From: an uncultured Planctomycetota bacterium
Lineage (GTDB): Bacteria; Planctomycetota; DG-23; CAZBND01
Direction of reading: 5' to 3'
Length of the DNA: 64,000 nt
NCBI GenBank assembly: GCA_964622675.1
Contig: CAZUUK010000008.1
Span: 1,369-65,368, forward strand
Part shown: one piece after another, positions 16,110-24,815 of the stretch
Layout of the letters: each line of letters starts with the position of its first letter
How positions within the stretch are numbered: the stretch's first letter is position 1
Made by a program: the position numbers and the translations under genes
The notes under the pieces: generated by a model
Seen by the model: the letters and a program-made list of their open reading frames with translations, nothing else
What the model was told of the DNA's origin: nothing
Databases searched by the model: none

Positions 16110-18230
16110 GTGCTACCTCGCGACAGCTTCCGGGACTACTCGGTCTCCATTGAACAATGCTCCCGCATTTTGAAACACGCGTCCCTCCCACCGCCCCGTT
16201 CCATAGAAAGAATCCAGCGCGGCGAAGTCAATGCCTGTTTCAGCGTCAAGCTCGAGGATAACCGTCAGCTAATACTCAAAGTTCAGTTCCGACGGCAGTT
16301 CCCCGCATCGCTGCTGCGTGAACAGGAGGCCTGCCTGCGACTGGCCCAAACACCCGGCATCCAGGTACCAACAGTCATTGCCGTCGATACGGCGAAGCAG
16401 ACGCTACCTTTAAATTATTCGATCCTTACCGCTCTCCCGGGAGACGACGGCGACGTCGCATGGCCTCAATTCCCCCCTGACCGTCAGCGTGACGTCTTCC
16501 GTCAGCTCGGCCGCACCCTCGCCAGAATACATGCGGCGAACTTGTCTTGCGAAAGCTCCCCCAGCGCCCTGCCCACCAAACGCTCCCCGGAAGATTGGCT
16601 GAATCATCAGCGCCGAGCTTTTGAAACCCTTTTCCAAAACCACTCCCAGCTAACCTACCTTCCCCCCTGGTTGCTCGAGAGAATAAAGGAATTCTGGGCC
16701 GCGCGATGGGAGTTCATGCTGCAGTGCAAAAGAGTCTTCCTGCTCCATGGAGACTACGAGCTCCGGAACGTAAAACTAACTCCGCCCAGTCACCTGATTG
16801 CCGGCGTGTTCGATTTCGACCAGACCGACGTAGGACACCCGGAGTTCGACTTCTCGCCGCTCAACGCCGGCGTCTTCAGCAGCAGACCAGACCTCAAAGA
16901 CGCCTTCTACGAGGGATATTCGGAGTGCGCGCAACTCGCGCCCGGCTACGATCAGCGCATCGAACTCTACACGCTCCTAAGACACCTGCAAATCATGCTC
17001 TCGTACGAGGGACCCAGGAGATCCAACGACGGAACAGGCTCCAGCGCCGAAGCAATCGCGCGACTTGTAGCGGCAACCCACGCCGGAGCGGCGGCGGTCA
17101 CATCGAAATTCGGCGGACTGATGCAGCCTGCTGCCGTTAGCGATCCTCCACAGGAGATCCACGATCCCGATCAGATCGACGCGATCACCGGCGAGTATCT
17201 CGCCCGGGTGCTTTCGAAAGGGCTCAACCTCCCCGTAGCCGTCACCTATTGGCACCGGCAGCATACCCCGTCGTGGCAAGCATTCCAGGGGCGGAGCACC
17301 GCACAGGCTCACGCCTTCCAACTCGCCCTTAAGATCCATAACGCCCCCACTCGCGACATGGCCCTCGTTCTGAAACTCACCCCCTCGCGCCGCGAAGCTA
17401 TGTTCTATTCCACGCTTTCCTCGCTCCTCACCCCGAACGTCCCAAAAGCCTACCACGTCGTAGTGAGACCCCACGGAGACCTTCACTGGCTCTTTTTGGA
17501 ATACGTCCCGTGCATGGTCCTCGGCCCGCTATGGGAGGGGCATGAGTTCGAAAAGGCTATCCAGGGCATGGTCGCCATCCATTCTCGCTTCTGGCGGAAG
17601 CCCCAACTCCTCCGTTCCCACACCTGGCTCCCTTATGTCGGCCCTGAAGGCCTTCTGACGGGCTTTCGCTCCGACCTGGAGCTCCTCGCTGCCGCCGGAG
17701 AAATTGCTGCGTCGGATCCGCTGCGCCGACGTATCTCCCTCCTGCTGCAAATCGCCGCCAGCTCCGCCGCCCGCGCTAGCCTCACGGCCGATTCACTCGC
17801 AGCTCAGCCTTACACCCTCCTCCACGGCGACTATCATCTGGCGAACGTCGGAACCCGCCGCCTGTCAATTGATGACCCTCCCGTCATAACCGACTGGGCT
17901 TCCTGCGGGCTGGGCCCTCCCCAAGTCGACCTCGCCTATTTCCTCGACGCCGTCCAGGGCCTGACAAGGGAAAAACCTCACCCAGATGCCCTCACGCAGC
18001 TCTACCTTTCAAAGCTCGCAAGCGCGGGTCTGTCGCTGCCATCGCAAGACTCTTTCGCTCACGCTCTGCAGGCCGCCACATTCTTCAACGACATCCACAG
18101 GCTGCCGGCCCTCATCCAAAACCGGGACTGGGAAGCCTCTTGGCGGGGAGACATATACTACAGCGTCGAAGATGAACTTGCGCTCCGCACCGAAAGAGCA
18201 ATCCATCGCCTCACGTCGAACTCGCCCTAG
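16110..18230 (+). CDS. Protein with two tandem aminoglycoside-phosphotransferase/choline-kinase-like (APH) kinase domains
   Basis: First domain: LLHGDYELRNV...GVFDFDQTDVGHPEFDF. Second domain: LLHGDYHLANV...VITDWASCGLGPPQVDLAYF. Each carries the Brenner HxD-type catalytic loop plus a metal-binding D motif. Confidence 0.8.
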   Translation: MLPRDSFRDYSVSIEQCSRILKHASLPPPRSIERIQRGEVNACFSVKLEDNRQLILKVQFRRQFPASLLREQEACLRLAQTPGIQVPTVIAVDTAKQTLPLNYSILTALPGDDGDVAWPQFPPDRQRDVFRQLGRTLARIHAANLSCESSPSALPTKRSPEDWLNHQRRAFETLFQNHSQLTYLPPWLLERIKEFWAARWEFMLQCKRVFLLHGDYELRNVKLTPPSHLIAGVFDFDQTDVGHPEFDFSPLNAGVFSSRPDLKDAFYEGYSECAQLAPGYDQRIELYTLLRHLQIMLSYEGPRRSNDGTGSSAEAIARLVAATHAGAAAVTSKFGGLMQPAAVSDPPQEIHDPDQIDAITGEYLARVLSKGLNLPVAVTYWHRQHTPSWQAFQGRSTAQAHAFQLALKIHNAPTRDMALVLKLTPSRREAMFYSTLSSLLTPNVPKAYHVVVRPHGDLHWLFLEYVPCMVLGPLWEGHEFEKAIQGMVAIHSRFWRKPQLLRSHTWLPYVGPEGLLTGFRSDLELLAAAGEIAASDPLRRRISLLLQIAASSAARASLTADSLAAQPYTLLHGDYHLANVGTRRLSIDDPPVITDWASCGLGPPQVDLAYFLDAVQGLTREKPHPDALTQLYLSKLASAGLSLPSQDSFAHALQAATFFNDIHRLPALIQNRDWEASWRGDIYYSVEDELALRTERAIHRLTSNSP

Positions 18231-18274
18231 CTCCGTCCGAATATCGACCTATCCGGCGCAATTCCCTCTCCGCC

Positions 18275-19426
18275 TCAGACGGAAGCCGACGTCCAGATCC
18301 CCGGAACCTTCGCCCCGCAGTAGGCGCACTTGCCGCCTCTGACCTTGTTCCGCAGCACACGGTACCCCACTCGCTCTACCAGCAGCGAGTGACACTTAGC
18401 GCAATAGGTGTTGTTCCCGTCGTGAGGCGCAACGTTAGAGATGTAAACAAACTTCAGACCGGCATCCAGCGCGATATCCCGCGCACGCTCCAGCGTCTCC
18501 AGCGGCGTCCTGGGCACGTTCCTCATCTGGTACTCCGGCACGAAACGCAGAAAATGCAGCGGCGTCTCCTCATCCAGGTTTCTCCGCACCCAATTCGACA
18601 TCTCCCGAATCTCTCCCGGCGAATCGTTCTCGTCCGGAACGATAAGATTCACAACCTCCAGCCACTTCCCCTGTGACTTTATCGTCTCCAGCGACTCCAG
18701 CACCGGCTTCAGCCTCACTCCGCATATCCGCCGGTAGAAATCCTCCGTAAATCCCTTCAGCGTAACCGTGAACGCCGTAACGTGCCGACAAAGCTCCACA
18801 AGCGGCTTCCTGTTGATATACGCCGCAGTCGCTACGACCACCGGCACCTTCTTCGACCGCGCCTCCTTCGAAACCGCCAGCACGTACTCCGAAAACACAA
18901 CCGGCTCGGTATACGTGAAGGCAATCGAAGTCAGTCGCTTTTGCTTCGTCGTCTCCGCCGCCGCCCGCTCCGATAGATCCACATTCTTCGTCTGGTCCGG
19001 CCGCTTCTGCGAAACCTGCCAGTTCTGGCAGTATGCGCACCTGAGATTGCACCCCGCCAAACCGATCGAAAGAGTCTTCGTCCCCGGGAGGAAATGGTTC
19101 ATCGGCAGCATCTCGATGGGATCCTGATTGATTATGCACGGATTCCCGTACGAATGATTCAGCAGAACCCCACCGTGATTCGTGCGCGTCCGGCACGGAC
19201 ACGTCTCCCCCGGTGCCAGGATGCACTCGTAGGGGCAAAGGGAGCAATGAACGCGCCTGCCCGGAAGCTTCTCGTAGTACTTGACCTCTACGGGCTGCCC
19301 TGCCCTCAGAGCACGAGCAAGGGAGGGCGGCATCGCGTAGGAGGCCACAATACCAGCCGCCGCCGCCCCCCCAAGTCGTTTCACAAAATCACGCCGGTTG
19401 AGTCTTTCTTTCTCACCTCTGTCCAT
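18275..19426 (-). CDS. Radical SAM enzyme of the AmmeMemoRadiSam / PFL-activase-like type with an N-terminal twin-arginine signal
   Basis: GCNLRCAYCQNWQVSQ cluster motif, with upstream YYEKLPGRRVHCSLCPYECIL...CPCRTR. The N-terminus reads NRRDFVKRLGGAAAAGIVASYAMPPSLARA. Confidence 0.88.
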   Translation of the reverse strand: MDRGEKERLNRRDFVKRLGGAAAAGIVASYAMPPSLARALRAGQPVEVKYYEKLPGRRVHCSLCPYECILAPGETCPCRTRTNHGGVLLNHSYGNPCIINQDPIEMLPMNHFLPGTKTLSIGLAGCNLRCAYCQNWQVSQKRPDQTKNVDLSERAAAETTKQKRLTSIAFTYTEPVVFSEYVLAVSKEARSKKVPVVVATAAYINRKPLVELCRHVTAFTVTLKGFTEDFYRRICGVRLKPVLESLETIKSQGKWLEVVNLIVPDENDSPGEIREMSNWVRRNLDEETPLHFLRFVPEYQMRNVPRTPLETLERARDIALDAGLKFVYISNVAPHDGNNTYCAKCHSLLVERVGYRVLRNKVRGGKCAYCGAKVPGIWTSASV

Positions 19427-19459
19427 AGTAATCGGTGCGCCGCGCTGTGCCGGCCAACC

Positions 19460-19909
19460 TCACCGCCCGCCCCTCGGTCTCGCGCCAGCCCCACCTGGAC
19501 GACCGCCACCCATTCTTCCGGCCTCTTCGGCCCACGCGGCAACCGCTTTCTGCTGCTCCTCTGTCAGCTCCTTCTTCACCGCCTCAAGGAACGCCTTCCG
19601 CGCCTCTTGAAGCTTCGTCCTCAACTCGTCCATTGACGTGGTGCCCTTCGCCGTCTCCTTCCGCTTGTCCCATTCGCTCTGGAACGTGGCCCGCAGCTTC
19701 GTCAACTGCTCGTTACTCACCTTGATCTCAAAGCAGAGCTGCGCCCAAAGCCCGCTCACGTCCGAGGTCGCCATCCGCTCCGCCCAGGCGCCTGCCTGTC
19801 CCTCTGCCCTAGGGGCCTGCTGCGCCTTCGCAACCCCAGCCCAGAACAAAACAGAACCTGCAAAAACAAGTGCTGCCACAACAGCTATTGATAGCGCATG
19901 TCGCTTCAT
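19460..19909 (-). CDS. Secreted helical protein with a Gly/Arg-rich C-terminus; last gene of the ECF operon
   Basis: Signal peptide MKRHALSIAVVAALVFAGSVLFWAGVAKA, ELTEEQQKAV (LTxxQ-like) and the tail GGGRPGGAGARPRGGR. AAGGAG RBS precedes the ATG at 19909. Confidence 0.65.
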   Translation of the reverse strand: MKRHALSIAVVAALVFAGSVLFWAGVAKAQQAPRAEGQAGAWAERMATSDVSGLWAQLCFEIKVSNEQLTKLRATFQSEWDKRKETAKGTTSMDELRTKLQEARKAFLEAVKKELTEEQQKAVAAWAEEAGRMGGGRPGGAGARPRGGR

Positions 19910-19973
19910 TCCTGCTTTCTCCTTCGCATCTTCTAAATGACGCAAACTCTCGCCGAACGCCGGACCTGACCGG

Positions 19974-20918
19974 TTATCGTCTGCGGCCCCTCTCACCCAT
20001 TCTATAGGCCGCCGAAGCCTGCACGCTCCCCGCCCGTCCGAGTCGCTCTTCGTAAATCGAAATCGCCGCCGGAGACAGAAGGAACCTCCCCGATTTCCCC
20101 GGCCCGCCGAACTTGTCCACCCGCACCTTATCCACCTTCTTCAGAAGCGTCTCCAGCTCATCGGTGAAATGAAGCTCCTCGGCCAGCTTCTCCTTCTCCA
20201 CCTCAAACTGTGTATCATCCATCTTCCTCGCCCTCGCTGCCACCGCCTTGAGCCTCCTGATGGATGCGGCGCTTTCCTTTTCGCTCAGCTTCCCCTTGTG
20301 CTTCTCGTAAATCTCCAGCCGCTTCTCCGCCACGTTGTCAATCTGGGACTCATAGACCGGCTCCGGAAGCGACCTGAGCTTACTCAGCATCTCCACCCCC
20401 CGCTCCCGGTTCGCCGCCTGGCCGGCCCTGACGGGGTCCTTCAGATTCCTGGGAGGAATGAGGCACGGCTTAAACTCCTCCAGCACAACCTGCTGCGCCG
20501 CGGTAAGCACCGAAGCCGCTCTGCTTTCCAGACTGCGCACGTCCGCGCGGTATCGCTCCTCCAGGCCTTTCAGCCGCAGGTTCGCTTGCGCAGCTCGCGC
20601 CTCCACATCCTTCGGCAGCCCCTCGTTTTCCGCAAGCACTCCCCGCAGCTCCCTGAACGCTGCCAGCGCCTCGCCAACCGTCATTGACGCGCTGTTGAAG
20701 TACGACTCCCTCAGCTTCTCCGCCTCGACCGCGTAGTCGCGCAGCTTCCCAAGCTGTTCCTGCTTCAGATTCAGACCGTTGAACAGGTTCAGAAGGTTTA
20801 TCTCCTCCCGCAGCCTCCCGATCTCCGCCGACACAGGATCTTCCCTCTCCACTGCGGGAGCTGCCAGCACAAAGCTCCCCATCATCAACAACACTGCCCC
20901 TACCGCCGCGACTCTCAT
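19974..20918 (-). CDS. Secreted coiled-coil protein in the ECF operon
   Basis: Signal peptide MRVAAVGAVLLMMGSFVLAAP. Heptad-rich sequence containing LNLKQEQLGKL and LTAAQQVVLEEF. Its start overlaps the upstream stop (ATGA). Confidence 0.7.
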   Translation of the reverse strand: MRVAAVGAVLLMMGSFVLAAPAVEREDPVSAEIGRLREEINLLNLFNGLNLKQEQLGKLRDYAVEAEKLRESYFNSASMTVGEALAAFRELRGVLAENEGLPKDVEARAAQANLRLKGLEERYRADVRSLESRAASVLTAAQQVVLEEFKPCLIPPRNLKDPVRAGQAANRERGVEMLSKLRSLPEPVYESQIDNVAEKRLEIYEKHKGKLSEKESAASIRRLKAVAARARKMDDTQFEVEKEKLAEELHFTDELETLLKKVDKVRVDKFGGPGKSGRFLLSPAAISIYEERLGRAGSVQASAAYRMGERGRRR

Positions 20919-21694
20919 CTCTCACCTCCTTCCTCAGGCAGCGGCGCCTCTTCCCCCTCGACCGGCCCCTCCGCTTCCGGAATCGGCGTAAGTCCCACCT
21001 CCGCCCACCTTGGGAACGTCCAGCTCAAATAATCCTCCTCACCCGTCAGCTCCGTCATCCGCCGCTTGATTATATCATCCCGGTTCTCCTCCCGCTTCGC
21101 CAGCATATCCTTGAGCTGACTCAGCCGCCTCTCCAGCCCATCTATCTGCTCCTCCCACTCCCTGTGCTGCAGGTCCAGCAGCTCGTTCAGCACGCCGCTC
21201 AAATCCTCCTTTATCGCCCCCCTCTCCTCCTCAGTTTTCGCCTTGCGCAGGGAAGCGGCAAGCTCGCGGCTTTTCATCTCCAGCTTCCGCCCCTCGATTA
21301 TCCTTTCGAAGAGCTCCGGATTCCTCTTCCGCAGCGCCATCAGCTTCACAACCGACTTCCACTGCTCGGCCAGATGCCTCTTGAACTCTTCCGGTCGCTC
21401 CTTCCGCACCCGCTCCAGCCTCTCCCACGCACCGGGAATATGCTTCATCAGGAAAACGCGCACCTTCTCGCGTTCCTCCGGCGAAAGTTCCCGAGGCACC
21501 CATTCCTTCCTCGGAGCCCTCACCCCGCCTCCCTGGGGCATCTCCTCCCGCGCCGGCCCTTCCCGGCCCATCATCGGTCCGTGATGGCGGGGCGGCCTGG
21601 AAGGCTCCGCAGTCTCTTCCTGAGCCCACCCCGGCAGCCACGCCAGGCACACCGCAACTCCTACAACCAGCATCAGCCTCTTCGCTCGAAACAT
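20915..21694 (-). CDS. Secreted coiled-coil protein in the ECF operon
   Basis: Signal peptide MFRAKRLMLVVGVAVCLAWLPGWA and a highly charged helical body (LSPEEREKVRVFL...). Only a 3-nt gap separates it from the upstream gene. Confidence 0.7.
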   Translation of the reverse strand: MFRAKRLMLVVGVAVCLAWLPGWAQEETAEPSRPPRHHGPMMGREGPAREEMPQGGGVRAPRKEWVPRELSPEEREKVRVFLMKHIPGAWERLERVRKERPEEFKRHLAEQWKSVVKLMALRKRNPELFERIIEGRKLEMKSRELAASLRKAKTEEERGAIKEDLSGVLNELLDLQHREWEEQIDGLERRLSQLKDMLAKREENRDDIIKRRMTELTGEEDYLSWTFPRWAEVGLTPIPEAEGPVEGEEAPLPEEGGER

Positions 21695-21697
21695 CGC

Positions 21698-22582
21698 TTA
21701 CCTCCTCCACGAGCTACGCGGATCTTGCTGAAACTGCCAGCCACGCGTTTGCGGGGTGCCGCCGCCCAGCCTCGGCCCCTGCCTCCCTTGCGGCCCCATT
21801 TGCTGCATCGCAGGCCCGCGGCCCTGCCCCGGCCCATACCAGCCACCGGGTGCCTGGCGGGACCTCTCCATCGGAACCTGACCGGCGCCCCCGCCAGCGC
21901 CAAACCTCTGCCCTGCACCGGGGCCGAATCTTCCCCGCTGAGCCTGCGGAATAATTCCTCCGGCACCAGCACGTCCGCGCGCCCGCCCGGCGCCTTCCCC
22001 TGTTATCCTGGAAACTATCGCCTTCACCATCGCCGCCTTCCGCTGCTCATGTCGAGCGTCTATCAACCTCGACACAGCCCCCTCAAGTTGTCTCCTGATC
22101 TGTGCTCTTCTTTCCGCCGGAGCCGTTCTGAACTCCGCCGCAAGATCCCTCACCCTCTCCCCGATCCGCTGGACCGCAGGCCCCGTGCCACCAGTCTCAC
22201 CCCTGCCGGCCCCTCTTGCCTGCCGTGCGATGTCCCGCAGCGCCTTCACGTATTCCTTCCTGTCCGTATTCCTCAGCTCCTTCAGCCTTGGCAGCAAGTC
22301 AGGGCGATTGTTCCTTACTTGCGCCAGAATCCTCTTCTCCAGCTCCGCCACCGTCTCCTTGGTGGCCTGCCGCGCGGCGCCTTCTCGCATCGCGCCAGGC
22401 GCCATTTCCGCTCGACGCGCTGGCGCGCGTCGCCCGGGCCCTTCAACCGCAGGCTGACCCGCGCCGCGACGCGCCCTCGGCGCCTCCGGTCCAGCCACCT
22501 CCTGGCTTGCCGCGAAAAACCCAAGCCCTCCGACCGCAATCACTACACCTGAAATCAGCAACACTCTCACTCCTCTATACAT
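21698..22582 (-). CDS. Membrane-anchored or secreted protein with a helical core and a Gly/Gln/Arg-rich tail, in the ECF operon
   Basis: N-terminal hydrophobic segment VRVLLISGVVIAVGGLGFFAA. C-terminal GWYGPGQGRGPAMQQMGPQGRQGP repeats. Confidence 0.65.
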   Translation of the reverse strand: MYRGVRVLLISGVVIAVGGLGFFAASQEVAGPEAPRARRGAGQPAVEGPGRRAPARRAEMAPGAMREGAARQATKETVAELEKRILAQVRNNRPDLLPRLKELRNTDRKEYVKALRDIARQARGAGRGETGGTGPAVQRIGERVRDLAAEFRTAPAERRAQIRRQLEGAVSRLIDARHEQRKAAMVKAIVSRITGEGAGRARGRAGAGGIIPQAQRGRFGPGAGQRFGAGGGAGQVPMERSRQAPGGWYGPGQGRGPAMQQMGPQGRQGPRLGGGTPQTRGWQFQQDPRSSWRR

Positions 22583-22609
22583 CTCACTCCTCCTTTCGTA
22601 TATCTGCTC

Positions 22610-23149
22610 TCACGTCTCTTCCAACAACGATCTCATCCGGTCCAGCGTTTCCTCGACCTCGTCAAGCTGCTCGCCGATCGCCGCCGGGCTCCAAAGCGCC
22701 ACGTCATCCCCCAGCGCCTCAACCTCCTCGCTCACCGCCGCCAGCAATTCCTCAATCTCCGCATCTTCAACCACACCCTCCGGCAGCGCCCCCCTCGCAA
22801 TCAAACCGCCATCGGGCGACACCGGCTCGCCCCGCCAGGAAATGACTAGAGCAATTACCACCAGCGCCGCCGCGGCCAGACCCAACGCAACCCGCGGAAT
22901 CAGCGTCACAACCGGCGACGGCCGCCTCTCCTCCACTGCACGACGCACCCGCGCTAAAACCGCCCCCGACGGCTCGTCCAAAGGCACCGACTCCAGCGCA
23001 CTCGAAGCAGCCGCGTACTCCTCCGCGAACCGGCGGCACTCGCCGCACCTCTCCAGGTGACGCTCCAATCCCGCCAGCTTCCTACCCGAAAGCTCCCCCG
23101 ACCCTCTCAACAGTATTAGTTCCTGCCACTTGGCGCAGTTCATGTTCAC
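22610..23149 (-). CDS. Anti-sigma factor (zf-HC2 type) with one transmembrane segment
   Basis: The C(K)W...HLERCGECRRF motif fits H-x3-C-x2-C. TM segment VALGLAAAALVVIALVI. It lies directly downstream of the ECF sigma gene. Confidence 0.75.
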   Translation of the reverse strand: MNMNCAKWQELILLRGSGELSGRKLAGLERHLERCGECRRFAEEYAAASSALESVPLDEPSGAVLARVRRAVEERRPSPVVTLIPRVALGLAAAALVVIALVISWRGEPVSPDGGLIARGALPEGVVEDAEIEELLAAVSEEVEALGDDVALWSPAAIGEQLDEVEETLDRMRSLLEET

Positions 23150-23334
23150 ACTTCCCTCTTCGCCGGGCCGCTCAGGCCCGCGTTTATATCTCGTATCAAT
23201 CTCCTAATCGCCAGGTTTCTCCGTCCGATCGACGCAAACTCCCGCACGGGCGAAAACGCCAGCCGCCTCGTCTCCTCGTCCCACCCCTCTCCCTCGAAAT
23301 TCCCTTTACTCTTGCGCTGCTCGCTGCCGTCCAC
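23146..23334 (-). CDS. Possible small protein between the ECF sigma and anti-sigma genes
   Basis: AAGGAG lies 7 nt before the GTG at 23334. Its stop overlaps the anti-sigma start. No recognisable motif, so it may be spurious. Confidence 0.35.
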   Translation of the reverse strand: MDGSEQRKSKGNFEGEGWDEETRRLAFSPVREFASIGRRNLAIRRLIRDINAGLSGPAKREV

Positions 23335-23338
23335 CTCT

Positions 23339-23908
23339 TCACTCCTTTTTCGCATCGTCAGAAAATCCGTATCGTTCTCCCACCGCCGCCTTCAGCCTCT
23401 CCAGAGCCCTGTGCATCCGGCTCAGCACCGTCCCCAGCGGCCATCCCGTCACCTTGCTTATCTCTTTGAAGGAAAGCCCGCTCATGTGCCTCAACACTAT
23501 CACCTGCCGCTGCTCCGTCGGAAGCCCCTCAACCGCCGCCGCCAGGCTCTCCCGCATCTCCGCCCCTTCCAGAGCCGCCTCCGGACCGGCCGATCTGCTT
23601 TCGACCAAATCCGTTAACCTCGCCTCCCCCGGCCCAGAATCCATCGAAATCATCCTGAATCGCCTCCTCCGAAGACGGTCAATCGCCAGGTTCGTCGCCA
23701 CCCTGTAAAGCCACCTTCTCGCCCGCTCTTCCGTCCCGCGCCCAAGCTTCGCCGACGCTCGCACGAAAGCCTCCTGAAGCACATCTTCCGCCTCATCTCG
23801 ATCCCCTATCAGCTTTGCAACGTAGTTATAAATCCTCGCGCTGTGCGCCTCGAAAAGCCGGCCCAAAAGCTCCCTCTCGCGTTGCGAATCCCTCCGGCCT
23901 TCCGGCAT
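23339..23908 (-). CDS. ECF (group 4) RNA polymerase sigma factor
   Basis: Region 2 reads IYNYVAKLIGDRDEAEDVLQEAFVRA. Region 4 reads LSFKEISKVTGWPLGTVLSRMHRALERL. Confidence 0.92.
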   Translation of the reverse strand: MPEGRRDSQRERELLGRLFEAHSARIYNYVAKLIGDRDEAEDVLQEAFVRASAKLGRGTEERARRWLYRVATNLAIDRLRRRRFRMISMDSGPGEARLTDLVESRSAGPEAALEGAEMRESLAAAVEGLPTEQRQVIVLRHMSGLSFKEISKVTGWPLGTVLSRMHRALERLKAAVGERYGFSDDAKKE

Positions 23909-23929
23909 CGTTTCCTCTCTATTTTCCTC

Positions 23930-23954
23930 TACGTTTGAGGCGCACCTTTATTCC
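23930..23954 (-). promoter_or_regulatory. Candidate ECF-type autoregulated promoter
   Basis: The minus strand has GGAAT, a 16-nt spacer and CGTA, immediately upstream of the sigma gene RBS. This resembles the generic GGAAC-N16/17-CGT ECF pattern. Confidence 0.3.
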
Positions 23955-24010
23955 GCCCATACGAGGTTACAACTTCCCCGCCACGCGGTCAAACAAACGC
24001 CGGATCCCGC

Positions 24011-24039
24011 TAGCCAGCCGCCGCCGGCACGTGTATAAT
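24011..24039 (+). promoter_or_regulatory. Candidate sigma-70 promoter for the HEAT-repeat gene
   Basis: TAGCCA, a 17-nt spacer and a perfect TATAAT (24034-24039), 39 nt upstream of the ATG at 24078. Confidence 0.45.
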
Positions 24040-24077
24040 CCCACCAGGTTCGGGTCCCTAAGGCAAGGAGGAGCCGC

Positions 24078-24809
24078 ATGGAAGATCAGGTAGAAAAGCT
24101 AATTCAGGGCCTGGAGCAATTCCAGACCCGCGCAATTGCCATTAGAGACCTTATTCGCATCGGCGACGACGCCGTCCCGCCCCTCATCGAAGCGTTGAAT
24201 TCCCCCTTTGCCCCCGTGCGCTGGTCCGCCGTCAAAGTGCTCGGGCAGATCGGCAACCAGCAGGCCCTCGACGCCCTCCTCCCCCTCGACAAAGACCCCG
24301 AGCTCGGCACCACCGCAACCGAAGCCATCGTCCGTCTCAAAGAGCGCCTAAATCGCCAGGCCGGCCCCGCGGAGACCGAGGTTGACCAACAGCGCAGCAT
24401 CGAGAGTCACGAAGAAAGCTTCATGGAAAAAGTCGTCGAGGGCACGCAGATCAAGATGACCAACGAGGGAAACCGTTTCCGCCTACACGTCCCGACCACG
24501 GCGGGAAGAGGGCAGAACGTCTCCATCTACTTCGGCGCTCGCGACAAAGATGGCACCGGCTTCATAGCCGTCTACACCCAGTGCGGCAAAGCCAATCCTA
24601 AACACTACGAGTGGGCCCTCAGGCAGAACGCCAAGCTCCCCCTGGGCGCCATCGCACTAAGGGACATCCACGGACAGCCCTGGTTCGTCATGATCAACAA
24701 GCACCTGGCCCGCTCCGCCGACGTGGACGAGCTGAGGGAGACCATCCTCGAACTCGCCAGGAAAGCGGACGCCATGGAGAAAGCCCTCACAGGTACCGAC
24801 GTCGTCTGA
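24078..24809 (+). CDS. HEAT-repeat protein with a C-terminal YbjN/chaperone-like domain
   Basis: DAVPPLIEALNSPFAPVRWSAVKVLGQIGNQQALDALLPL is a PBS-lyase-type HEAT repeat. AAGGAGGAG RBS. Confidence 0.75.
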   Translation: MEDQVEKLIQGLEQFQTRAIAIRDLIRIGDDAVPPLIEALNSPFAPVRWSAVKVLGQIGNQQALDALLPLDKDPELGTTATEAIVRLKERLNRQAGPAETEVDQQRSIESHEESFMEKVVEGTQIKMTNEGNRFRLHVPTTAGRGQNVSIYFGARDKDGTGFIAVYTQCGKANPKHYEWALRQNAKLPLGAIALRDIHGQPWFVMINKHLARSADVDELRETILELARKADAMEKALTGTDVV

Positions 24810-24815
24810 GCCCCC

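Noticed and set aside
15817-16191. Long N-terminal extensions offered by the track for the amidohydrolase (to 16191). The same applies to the glutamate-synthase-family gene (to 5078), mnmE (to 26297), the GH2 gene (to 41982) and the FG-GAP gene (to 48969).
   Set aside because: The extensions are Arg/Gly-rich, lack RBSs and precede internal starts that have good RBSs and family-typical N-termini.
21164-22552. 462-aa plus-strand ORF across the ECF-operon proteins
   Set aside because: It is extremely Pro/Arg/Leu-rich and antisense to two genes that have signal peptides, RBSs and coupled stops and starts.
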